10,812 nt of DNA from an uncultured archaeon (GTDB lineage: Archaea > Asgardarchaeota > Thorarchaeia > Thorarchaeales > Thorarchaeaceae). Location: positions 1-10,812 of the forward strand of contig CAYWJO010000071.1 in the NCBI GenBank assembly GCA_964458565.1, given 5' to 3'. The notes beneath the pieces are model-generated. The model was given only the letters and a program-made list of their open reading frames with translations, was not told the DNA's origin and did not search any database. The stretch's first letter is position 1. The number at the start of each line of letters is the position of its first letter. Positions 1-10,059 of the stretch are shown here, one piece after another. A program made the translations under genes and the position numbers.

Positions 1-1
1 A

Positions 2-232
2 ATTCAAGCTCTACCAACAAATGTAAGATATTTTGCCTACTTGATACCAACTACAATTGGCATCATCACAATTCGAGAGATAGCAATCACTGGATTATTT
101 GATCTCATTTCATTTGTACAAGTTCTTGGAAATCTAGGGATCTTAGCAATCTTCTTCTGGGTTCTTGGTCTAGCTTCGTTCAAATATTCAGAGAAGTGGA
201 CCAAAGACCGAGGACATATGGGAGGGTTCTAG
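2..232 (+). CDS. ABC-2 type transporter permease, C-terminal part (5' end outside the window)
   Basis: The frame is open from base 2 (IQALPTNVRYFAYLIPTTIGIITIRE...), so the track's start at 41 is internal. The 'ALP...YLIPTT...IRE' segment followed by a last TM helix and a basic tail matches the ABC-2 permease C-terminus and parallels the next gene (PIAVLP...SPLTWSVEGFRG). It ends in TAG immediately before the next ATG. Confidence 0.8.
   Translation: MQALPTNVRYFAYLIPTTIGIITIREIAITGLFDLISFVQVLGNLGILAIFFWVLGLASFKYSEKWTKDRGHMGGF
221..225 (+). promoter_or_regulatory. Shine-Dalgarno-like RBS for the second permease
   Basis: GGAGG lies 7 nt before ATG 233, inside the upstream CDS. The same GGAGGGTT-N4-ATG arrangement precedes ligA. 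Confidence 0.6.
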
Positions 233-1111
233 ATGCCACAAAAGAATGAAGAGTCAATCTTTCAAAGAATGTGGAATCGAGAGGGATGGCGAGCGGAATT
301 AAGAGCTGCAAATGCAATCGCAATCAAACAGTGGAAGGTAGAATTAAGCTATCCACTAAGTATCCTCTGGTTCATTGTGATGCCTTTCCTTTGGTTCATT
401 CCACTATTACTCGCAGGCAATTCGATCAGTGGAGGTTTAGAATCATCTAACCTAGAAGGACTTGTTGGCTCTGGTGACTGGCTAACATATGTTGCAATTG
501 GAAGTGCTTATACAGGACTAGCTATGAGCCTATTTTGGGGAACTGGTTTTGCTTTGCGTAGAGAGCAAAATGTAGGCACATTGGAAACACTGATGACTAC
601 CCCAATGAACAAGAGTACTCTGGTTTGGGGGTCAACAATTCACAATATTCAGCATGGAGGATTAGGAGTGATTCTACAGCTTGGAGCATCAGTGATTCTC
701 TTTGGTGTTAGCATGAATGTATGGGGCATTCTTCCAGCTCTGGGTGTTATTGCATTATCGATTGTTGGAATGCAAGGACTCGTCTTCACCATTGTGTGTA
801 TTATTTTGGTCGCAAAACAAGGGTGGATGGTCGTTGAGTTACTGTCTAGTATATTATTCCTTGTCGCTCCAATGTCATACCCAATCGCAGTTCTACCCCC
901 AATGCTTCAATATCTTTCAGTGGTTTCTCCACTAACATGGAGTGTTGAAGGATTCAGAGGATTTCTAATGGAAGGCATATCATTCTCTGGAGCATTTAAT
1001 GCAGTAATTGCCCTAATCGTACTTGATGTAATCTTTCTGATTCTGGGATATATCCTGTTCAAAAGAACTGAGAGATTTGTACGGGCTCGTGGAGCATTGG
1101 CTCAATTTTAA
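233..1111 (+). CDS. ABC-2 type transporter permease (292 aa)
   Basis: About 6 hydrophobic segments. It has the family-typical 'REQNVGTLETLMTTPM' motif and 'YPIAVLPPMLQYLSVVSPLTWSVEGFRG'. It abuts the upstream permease (TAG ATG). Confidence 0.92.
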   Translation: MPQKNEESIFQRMWNREGWRAELRAANAIAIKQWKVELSYPLSILWFIVMPFLWFIPLLLAGNSISGGLESSNLEGLVGSGDWLTYVAIGSAYTGLAMSLFWGTGFALRREQNVGTLETLMTTPMNKSTLVWGSTIHNIQHGGLGVILQLGASVILFGVSMNVWGILPALGVIALSIVGMQGLVFTIVCIILVAKQGWMVVELLSSILFLVAPMSYPIAVLPPMLQYLSVVSPLTWSVEGFRGFLMEGISFSGAFNAVIALIVLDVIFLILGYILFKRTERFVRARGALAQF

Positions 1112-1126
1112 TTATTGAGAGTGATG

Positions 1127-1244
1127 TTCTATTGATAATAGAATTCTTTGATTCTTTACCAACAAACTTCAATCAAGAACATCTCTGCGAAATGGAATTC
1201 TTATTTCTCAGCATCCCGTATCTGTGCTTCTATTGATAAATAGA
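1127..1244. repeat. Two copies of a palindromic motif (TTCTATT-GAT-AATAGAA at 1127-1143; TCTATT-GATA-AATAGA at 1229-1244)
   Basis: Read directly from the sequence. The 12-mer TTCTATTGATAA occurs at 1127 and 1228, and each copy is part of an inverted repeat. Confidence 0.6.
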
Positions 1245-1323
1245 GATTGAAATAATGGTATTCAATGAACATCAGGTCTCTAACATTTCAAATTCAGACC
1301 CGTTGTTAGTCCTTGATGTGATA

Positions 1324-1373
1324 TTCCTGCTGAGGTGTTTTGCTATTCAGGAGGAAAGAGCAAGATGCAGGAA
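1324..1373. terminator. Extended stem-loop just downstream of the beta-helix gene (possible terminator or 3' UTR structure)
   Basis: TTCCTGC (1324-1330) pairs with GCAGGAA (1367-1373), and the inner TTGCT (1340-1344) pairs with AGCAA (1359-1363). It lies 22 nt past the TAG of the minus-strand gene. The function is inferred only. Confidence 0.35.
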
Positions 1374-1395
1374 AGAAGAGTGCCCATCTACAGTT

Positions 1396-2724
1396 CTAGT
1401 TAATGATGAATGTATTCTTTCTATATAGTGTGAAGCAAACATAGTTCTCCGGTTGCAGGTTTGCAAGAGGAATAGTTAGATATATGTGATATGAGCTTGA
1501 TGATTCAGAAGTTGGGAGTGTCACATTATATCCAACATTACCAAGTCCATTTCCATCAAAGATATTATTTGACTCTGTAGTGGTAGGTGAGTCGTTGATG
1601 ACGATTCCCCACCCGTCATTATTCGAAATCTCATTGTCGGTGGCTTCGCAGAATAGTGTGGAATCAAATATTACACCTGAGCCACCGTTATTATTAATTG
1701 TATTTCCATCTATCCAACAGACCAAGGAATACTCAACAAACACACCTGATTCTTCATTGTTGAGTATAGTGTTGTTGATAGCCCAACGTCCAGACAACCA
1801 GCTAAATGAAACACCATTCCCCTCATTATCGCTAATCTGATTGTTTGAAATTATACAGTATTCAGAGTCTACATCAATAGTAATACCATTGTTTGAACAA
1901 TGGGTTATTGTATTGCTACTTACTCCAATAGTATAACTTTCATGGATGTATATGCCATATGTGCAATTGAAGAGCTGGTTTTGAAGTACAGTTAAGTCAG
2001 AGCAGCGACGGATAAGTATTCCATTACCACAGGTGTCAATGGCGTTATCTGATACCCAATATTGCTCTAAATTCCCAGAACAATTTTCTAGCCAAATACC
2101 AACACCACAGTTACTAATAATATTAGACCTGCAATTAATAAAAGATTGGTTAAACATGTATATTCCTGCATTAGACCTAGCAAATTTAATAGCAGGATTG
2201 AAAAAGATTCTATTGCCTGAAACCGTATTGCTGCTTCCATTTATGAGCATTATAGTGTATTCTAAGCTGTTACCAAACAAATTATTCTCTATTGTGCAGT
2301 TTCGGAGATTATGGCCTGTTATTGCATAATCACCAAATGCAGTTGCAGTGGGAGCGAGATACTCACACGACCTAATAATACCGTTTTCTACGTTATCAAG
2401 TATGACTCCTTTAATTCCTGAAATACGGCAGTTTGAGATAACAAAATACGCAGTAGTGTTGCTTATGATGACGCTTGCTTTAACAGGATGAGTATATTCG
2501 GTACCATTGACTCGGACAATGTGATATGCAACAATATAGAAACCAGAAATGATATAGGGATTATCAGAGGTCCCACCCCCTGACCAACCTTGGTCCTCGA
2601 AATCTTGATCGGAATTAATAATGATTGGTTCATGATTGGGTCAGATTGTACGTACTATTACGAAAATGGAAACAGCAGCAACTACAATAATTCCAATAAT
2701 AATCAAAGCGCTTTTTCTCTTCAT
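1396..2724 (-). pseudogene. Membrane-anchored or secreted right-handed parallel beta-helix (NosD/CASH-like) protein, 442 codons, with one in-frame TGA at codon 28 (pseudogene, sequencing error or recoding)
   Basis: Manual translation from ATG 2724 gives MKRKSALIIIGIIVVAAVSIFVIVRTI*PNHEPIIINSDQDFEDQGWSGGGTSDNPYIISGFYI...IISNTTAYFVISNCRI...NCTIENNLFGNS, in frame with the track ORF 1396-2280. It has a basic N-terminus plus a hydrophobic helix, then repeated 'I.NN.I..N...GI.' coils with Asn/Cys ladders. The TGA is at 2641-2643. Confidence 0.85.
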
Positions 2725-2888
2725 ACCAGTTTCGTTTATTCATATGTTCAACTTATCTTATCAATTTTGTGAAATTTAGATGAATGATATCCATGAGACA
2801 GTTTAGGAGTTGAGAAGCAAATTGTGCCATATCACAATAACCAGATAATTTTTGAGCCAGTTAATCAAAGCCATTCTTTGTGATTATT

Positions 2889-3140
2889 ATGGGAGAAGAA
2901 GAGATAGGATTTGTAACCCGCTACTTTTCTAAGATAGGAGTTGCTGCTATTAAACTAAAGAGCTCTCTGAAAACAGGAAGCAAGATAAGAATAACGGGAG
3001 CAACGACCAACTTCGAACAAATTGTTGAATCAATGCAGATAGATCGAAACAAAATCGAAGAGGCATCAACAGGACAAGAGATTGCCATCAAAATGAAAGA
3101 TAGGGTAAGGGAGAACGATAAGATCTTTCTGATTGACTAG
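2889..3140 (+). CDS. Small translation elongation factor-like beta-barrel protein (EF-Tu domain II / peptidase U32 C-terminal domain-like), 83 aa
   Basis: IGFVTRYFSKIGVAAIKL...LKTGSKIRITGATTNFEQIVESMQID...EEASTGQEIAIK...RVRENDKIF matches the pattern of this stand-alone family as I recall it. ATG 2889 is preferred over the track's GTG 2880. Confidence 0.85.
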   Translation: MGEEEIGFVTRYFSKIGVAAIKLKSSLKTGSKIRITGATTNFEQIVESMQIDRNKIEEASTGQEIAIKMKDRVRENDKIFLID

Positions 3141-3186
3141 ATTAGAGTAGTTCATATATGCAACACACTGATTCAACTATTGATAA

Positions 3187-5274
<2,088 letters not shown>

Positions 5275-5302
5275 ATCAAAGATTCATATAACAGCATTAA
5301 TC

Positions 5303-5340
5303 TTTATAGGAAATGACACTTCCTGTATTTCGATATAAAT
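5303..5340 (+). promoter_or_regulatory. Candidate archaeal TATA boxes upstream of the kinase (TTTATA 5303-5308; ATATAAAT 5333-5340)
   Basis: AT-rich TATA-like words in a 91-bp spacer. The second ends about 25 nt before GTG 5366, compatible with a leaderless or short-leader transcript. Confidence 0.35.
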
Positions 5341-5365
5341 TACTTCGGAAAATCGTTATGAGGCA

Positions 5366-8300
5366 GTGTCAGATATGACTGTGAGAATTCTTATTGTTGA
5401 TGATAATGTTGATCATCTGACAGTTGCTTCACTGCATTTGAAAAAAGCTGATGATATGTTCACCATTAAAACAGCAACCACTGTTGAAGAAGCTATTGAA
5501 ATTCTATCAAATGGAAAAATTGATTCAATAATTTCTGATTATAGGATGCCCTATAAGAATGGGATAATGTTCCTTGAAGAAATACGTAACCAAGGAATCG
5601 AAATCCCATTTATTGTATTTACAGGTCATAGTAGAGAAGATGTAGTGATCCAGGCTCTTAATCTGGGCGCTGATGGTTATGTCATAAAAGGTGGAGATAT
5701 AACCAGTGTCTACGCAGAACTGGCTCATACAATTAGAAAAGCCGTAGAGAGCCATGAAATGAAAACTGAGATTCAGAGGATTTTCACAAACACTCCTATT
5801 GCGATGCTTCGATTTAATTTAGTTAATGATGCCCTGATTTTTTGTGAGGGAAACCCTGCAGCAGACCATTTTCTTAATGTTAAGTGTAGTGAGCATGTTG
5901 GAAAAGATATACTTGAAGTCTTTCCAAGATTAGCCAAAGACAATATACCTGACAAATTTCGCGAAATAGCAAGAAATGGGGGCATATGGATATCAGATCA
6001 AATCGAATATGATGATGAACAAAATGTAACGCGTGCATATAGAATCCATGCAATTCAGACATCACCAGATCGGATTGTTGTCTCGTATCTGGATTTAACT
6101 CAGAGAGCTATCAATGAACACAATCTTGGAAAGCATGGTTCTGAACTAGAGGCTCTTGTTCAGGAAAGGACTGAAGAGTTGGCGAATGCAAATCGTCTCC
6201 TTAGAGATGAGATAGAAGAGAGAAAATCAGTTATTTCGATTCTTGATAGAGAAAGAAGGGCTTTCAAAATTGTAGCAGAGAGTGCAATACATTCATTCAA
6301 CATACGAGAGTTATCGTATCAGGTCTTAACAGGACTCATTAAAACAGTAGATTTTGATTTTGGATCAATTCGTCTATACAATCAAGATGATGAATCCTTA
6401 GAGCTTTTCGCACTTGCTGGTATAAGTCGAGAACAGCTAGATAGTTCTTCTATCAAAATAGAGAATTCTAGAACTATCTACGCTCACGTAGCAAGGACAA
6501 GGACTCCTGTCTTCGCTCCAGATATCTTTGAGCATGATATTATTAATTCGTACAAAGATCGTGTTGAACACTTAGGATTGAAATCATTGATTTCTTGGCC
6601 AATTATTGGTTCAGGAGGTTCTTTAGTAGGAGTAATTAGTATTGGAGCAAGCTCACCAAAAAATATCTCGGAGGACAATCGGATATTCTTTGATACTCTT
6701 GCAGGATTACTAGCAGTTGTCCTGACAAGGATGGATGCGTTAGAGGCACTCAGGGAAACTCAAGATAAATACAGACTATTAGCTGAGAAATCAAAAGATA
6801 TTATTCTTACTATGGACATGGGCTTTAACTTCACTTATGTCAGTCCCGCAGTCGAAGAGGTTACTGGATATTCAAGAGAGGAAATCATGAATAAGAATAT
6901 CCAGGAAATACTAATACCCGTATCATTTCAAGAAGTATTGAGAACCTTAGGAGAAGCCCTCGAACTTGAGGAATCAGTTGGAAGGGATGGATACGATACC
7001 CCACCGCTAACGCTGGAATTGATCAAGAAGAATGAGGACATAATAATTGTAGAGGTTTCAAGAGTTTTCTTAAGAGATGAAAATGAGAAACCAAATGGGG
7101 TTCTTGCTATCGTCCGAGATATTTCAATTCGCAAAGAAATGGAGAATGCCATCAAAAGAAGTGAACGCAAGCTTAGGGATTTGTTAGCTTCAATCCCTGA
7201 AGGTATTGGAGTGACAGATCTTTCAGAGAATCTCACCTTCGCAAATCTAGCATTCGCTGATATCTTAGGTTATTCAATTGAAGAGTTGACCGGTAGAAAC
7301 ATGTCTGAACTAGTTGTTGAGTCAGATAGGCGCATATTGAAGGAAGGTACAACGTTAAGAATCGAAGGAAAAAGCTCTACATACAAACTGCAAATGATTC
7401 ACAAGAATGGCGAGATTCGAATTATGCGAATCTCAGCGGTTCCAAGTTATAATGACGAGGGTGAAATTGACGGTTCAATTTCAGTAATAGTTGATGTTAC
7501 TGAAACCACCAAAGCTGAAGAGGACCTCAAGAAACTCTCCAGAGCGATAGAATTCAATCCAGCCTCAGTTGTCATCACGGATATTGATGGTACAATTGAA
7601 TACGTTAATCCCAAATTCTCAGAAATAACAGGTTATTCATTCGAAGAAGTAATTGGAAAAAATCCGAAAATTCTACAATCCGGATTAACTGCAACACAAA
7701 CATATGATGAACTTTGGGACACGATTCAGTCAGGAAAAGAATGGCAAGGGCAATTTATTAATAAGAAGAAAGATGGAGGTCTCTATTGGGAAGATGCATT
7801 CATTTCCCCGATTCTGTATCAAAATGGGAAAATATCTCATTATGTTGCAGTCAAACAGGATATCACACGACGTATCCAAACAGAGGCCAATCTTAGAGCA
7901 TCTCACCGTGAACTAGAGCTCTATACAAATCTATTACGTCATGACTTGGCTAATGATCTTCAAGTCATTATTTCTCAATCTGAATCTGCGGAAATTCTAC
8001 TTCCAGGAGACTCCATGACACGTCAGTTCTGCGAAATTACAAAAGGTGCTGCTGAAAGAATGTACAACCTCCTTTCACTCATTGGACAACCCAAGGAAAA
8101 GGAGGAGGTTTCACTAGAAACATCATTTACAGAGTTAGTAAATCAAATGAAAAGAACTCATCGAGATATGCATTGTAATTTGGTAATCAATGATAATGCT
8201 AAAGATATCAATCTATCAGGAATATCTTTACTTCCTGCGATAGTTGGCAATTTGCTAAGGAATGCGGCTGAGCACTCTGGAAAAAACGTGAATGTAACTC

Positions 8301-8530
8301 TGACCATTTCGCTTGATAGCGGGATTCTTGAAATTGTGGTCGAAGATGATGGGCCGGGTATACCAGAAATCATCATTGACCGACTATTTCAGAGGGGAGC
8401 TTCTACCACAGGAGGAGGACAAGGACTCTATCTGTCAAAGAGAATTGTTGAGGGTTATGGAGGATCTATCGAACTTATTAAGAGTTCAAAGAAAGGAGCT
8501 AAGTTTCACATTGCTATTCCGCTAGAATAG
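5366..8530 (+). CDS. Cytoplasmic hybrid sensor histidine kinase: REC-PAS-coiled coil-GAF-PAS-PAS-PAS-HisKA-HATPase
   Basis: REC: ILIVDD, IISDYRMP (phosphoacceptor Asp), FTG, YVIKG. S-helix-like LVQERTEEL. GAF: LGLKSLISWPII...LVGVISI. PAS repeats: YVSPAVEEVTGYSREE, FANLAFADILGYSIEEL, YVNPKFSEITGYSFEE. H-box LLRHDLAND, N-box NLLRNAAEH, G1 DDGPGIP, G2 GGGQGLYL. No TM segment is visible. The start could be ATG 5375. Confidence 0.95.
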   Translation: MSDMTVRILIVDDNVDHLTVASLHLKKADDMFTIKTATTVEEAIEILSNGKIDSIISDYRMPYKNGIMFLEEIRNQGIEIPFIVFTGHSREDVVIQALNLGADGYVIKGGDITSVYAELAHTIRKAVESHEMKTEIQRIFTNTPIAMLRFNLVNDALIFCEGNPAADHFLNVKCSEHVGKDILEVFPRLAKDNIPDKFREIARNGGIWISDQIEYDDEQNVTRAYRIHAIQTSPDRIVVSYLDLTQRAINEHNLGKHGSELEALVQERTEELANANRLLRDEIEERKSVISILDRERRAFKIVAESAIHSFNIRELSYQVLTGLIKTVDFDFGSIRLYNQDDESLELFALAGISREQLDSSSIKIENSRTIYAHVARTRTPVFAPDIFEHDIINSYKDRVEHLGLKSLISWPIIGSGGSLVGVISIGASSPKNISEDNRIFFDTLAGLLAVVLTRMDALEALRETQDKYRLLAEKSKDIILTMDMGFNFTYVSPAVEEVTGYSREEIMNKNIQEILIPVSFQEVLRTLGEALELEESVGRDGYDTPPLTLELIKKNEDIIIVEVSRVFLRDENEKPNGVLAIVRDISIRKEMENAIKRSERKLRDLLASIPEGIGVTDLSENLTFANLAFADILGYSIEELTGRNMSELVVESDRRILKEGTTLRIEGKSSTYKLQMIHKNGEIRIMRISAVPSYNDEGEIDGSISVIVDVTETTKAEEDLKKLSRAIEFNPASVVITDIDGTIEYVNPKFSEITGYSFEEVIGKNPKILQSGLTATQTYDELWDTIQSGKEWQGQFINKKKDGGLYWEDAFISPILYQNGKISHYVAVKQDITRRIQTEANLRASHRELELYTNLLRHDLANDLQVIISQSESAEILLPGDSMTRQFCEITKGAAERMYNLLSLIGQPKEKEEVSLETSFTELVNQMKRTHRDMHCNLVINDNAKDINLSGISLLPAIVGNLLRNAAEHSGKNVNVTLTISLDSGILEIVVEDDGPGIPEIIIDRLFQRGASTTGGGQGLYLSKRIVEGYGGSIELIKSSKKGAKFHIAIPLE

Positions 8531-8555
8531 AAAAAACTAGAGACATATCAAATGC

Positions 8556-8563
8556 TTATTATA
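8556..8563 (+). promoter_or_regulatory. Candidate TATA box for the MFS gene
   Basis: TTATTATA ends about 41 nt upstream of ATG 8605. Confidence 0.35.
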
Positions 8564-8604
8564 TTGCTAGAGATAATTCCCATTTTACATCGGCGGTAGA
8601 CAGA

Positions 8605-10059
8605 ATGTCAGAGACCTCAGGAAAGATTCCCACATCTACACCGGGACCCTACAAAATTGTAGCTGCTACGGGATTTGGGGTATTTCTCTCTGCACTTGAT
8701 GGCTCTATCGTGAATGTATCCCTTTTCACAATGATGAATGATTTTAGCGTCACTCAAAATGCGATCCAATGGATTGTTGTAGCATACTTGATCATCTTTA
8801 CATCAACAATGCCTTTAATGGGAAAATTTGGTGATCGTTTTGGAAAAGAAATTGTGTTTCAGTGGGGGATGATAGTCTTTGTTCTTGGATCAGTTATGTG
8901 CTCATTCTCACCGATAATTGAAATTCTCATCGCATCTCGAGTGTTTCAAGCCTTTGGATCTGCAATGATGACTGCAAATGGACTTGCACTAGTGACATAC
9001 TTCACAACTCCTGAAAACAGAGGAAGGGCAATTGGACTTAACTCTGTAATCCTAGCTGGAGCTCTCGGTCTTGGACCTGTGTTGGGAGGTTTACTTACTC
9101 AGCTTTTTAATTGGCCTAGTATTTTCCTAGTAAACATCCCAATTGGAATTATTGGCTATATCATCTTTGGTAGAATTGTACCGTCAACACGGAAAGTAAA
9201 AGAAATCAAATTCGATACAATTGGTGCTACCCTATTCTTTCTAGTATTGTTTTTTGTCGTTTACACGGTTTCATCTTATGAAATGGCATCTTTCGAAATC
9301 ATACTCTTACTTCTTTTAATCACAGTTATCATTTTCATCTTATTCATTATTCGAGAGAATAAATTTCAGTCCCCAATTATTCCAACACGGGTACTTGCAG
9401 ATCGTAGAATTTCCGCTAGTTTCTTTTCCGCTCTTCTTGCATATATGGCGATTGTGCCCATAACGTATCAGTTACCGTTCTTCCTTCAACAAACGTTGGG
9501 ATGGAGCCCATCTACAACAGGAGTATTTCTTGTAGCACACCCTCTAATTATATCCATAAGTGGACCATTCGCAGGTTTCTTATCTGAAAAGATGCGAGGT
9601 AGAAATCAAACTGTTCTTGGTCTTTTAATTGAATTAGTTGGATTATTCTTCATTGGGTGGGCAGTGCCGAATGTAATCTTGATATTCATAGGCATTCTAA
9701 TACTAGGGCTTGGTCTTTCACTGTTCACAGTCGGAAATGGTAATTTCATAATGACATCTGCACCAAAAGAATACATGGGTGTTGTGAGTGCTTTAACGAA
9801 TATTTCACGAACAACTGGTTTCTCTGTAGCTATCGCATCGATCACATCGATCTTTGCAATACTATTAGGCATATTTCAGGTCACGCTCACGTATGACCTT
9901 GCATATCTTAATTCGTATCAATATACTACCTGGTTCTTTGGTATCTTTGTTGTATCCGCTTTGATCATCTCAGCCTTTAGAGGTAGGAGTCCTGCTGAAG
10001 GTGGAGGAGAAATTGTTTGCGATCCTTTAGTGGTAGAAGAATGCCTTGAAACAACCTAA
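8605..10059 (+). CDS. MFS transporter, DHA2 (EmrB/QacA-like, about 14 TMS) drug:H+ antiporter family
   Basis: Motif D1 LDGSIVNVSL, motif A GKFGDRFGKE, motif B SRVFQAFG, motif C RGRAIGL...LGPVLGGLL, WPSIFLVNIPIG and motif E-like FDTIG. The 484-aa protein is highly hydrophobic. Confidence 0.95.
   Translation: MSETSGKIPTSTPGPYKIVAATGFGVFLSALDGSIVNVSLFTMMNDFSVTQNAIQWIVVAYLIIFTSTMPLMGKFGDRFGKEIVFQWGMIVFVLGSVMCSFSPIIEILIASRVFQAFGSAMMTANGLALVTYFTTPENRGRAIGLNSVILAGALGLGPVLGGLLTQLFNWPSIFLVNIPIGIIGYIIFGRIVPSTRKVKEIKFDTIGATLFFLVLFFVVYTVSSYEMASFEIILLLLLITVIIFILFIIRENKFQSPIIPTRVLADRRISASFFSALLAYMAIVPITYQLPFFLQQTLGWSPSTTGVFLVAHPLIISISGPFAGFLSEKMRGRNQTVLGLLIELVGLFFIGWAVPNVILIFIGILILGLGLSLFTVGNGNFIMTSAPKEYMGVVSALTNISRTTGFSVAIASITSIFAILLGIFQVTLTYDLAYLNSYQYTTWFFGIFVVSALIISAFRGRSPAEGGGEIVCDPLVVEECLETT

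Noticed and set aside
1112-1395. SECIS, C/D-box sRNA or tRNA in the spacer
   Set aside because: There is no ATGA/GTGA core on the minus strand, no properly spaced RTGATGA/CTGA pair and no cloverleaf or T-loop. Only generic hairpins can be supported.
1255-1428. 57-codon plus-strand ORF in the intergenic region (MVFNEHQV...ECILSI)
   Set aside because: It has no RBS and no motif, and it overlaps the end of the opposite gene. It is consistent with chance.
1580-2329. Plus-strand ORFs 1580-1840 and 2033-2329
   Set aside because: Both are antisense to the beta-helix CDS and have no recognisable motifs.
2583-2596. Small hairpin GACCA-N4-TGGTC about 45 nt downstream of the in-frame TGA
   Set aside because: It is only 5-6 bp, too far and too weak for a bacterial-type SECIS, and is explained by the DQGWS coding motif.
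2590-2772. Plus-strand 60-aa ORF with an Asn-rich run (NGNSSNYNNSNNN)
   Set aside because: It is the antisense shadow of the Ile/Val-rich N-terminal anchor of the minus-strand beta-helix gene.
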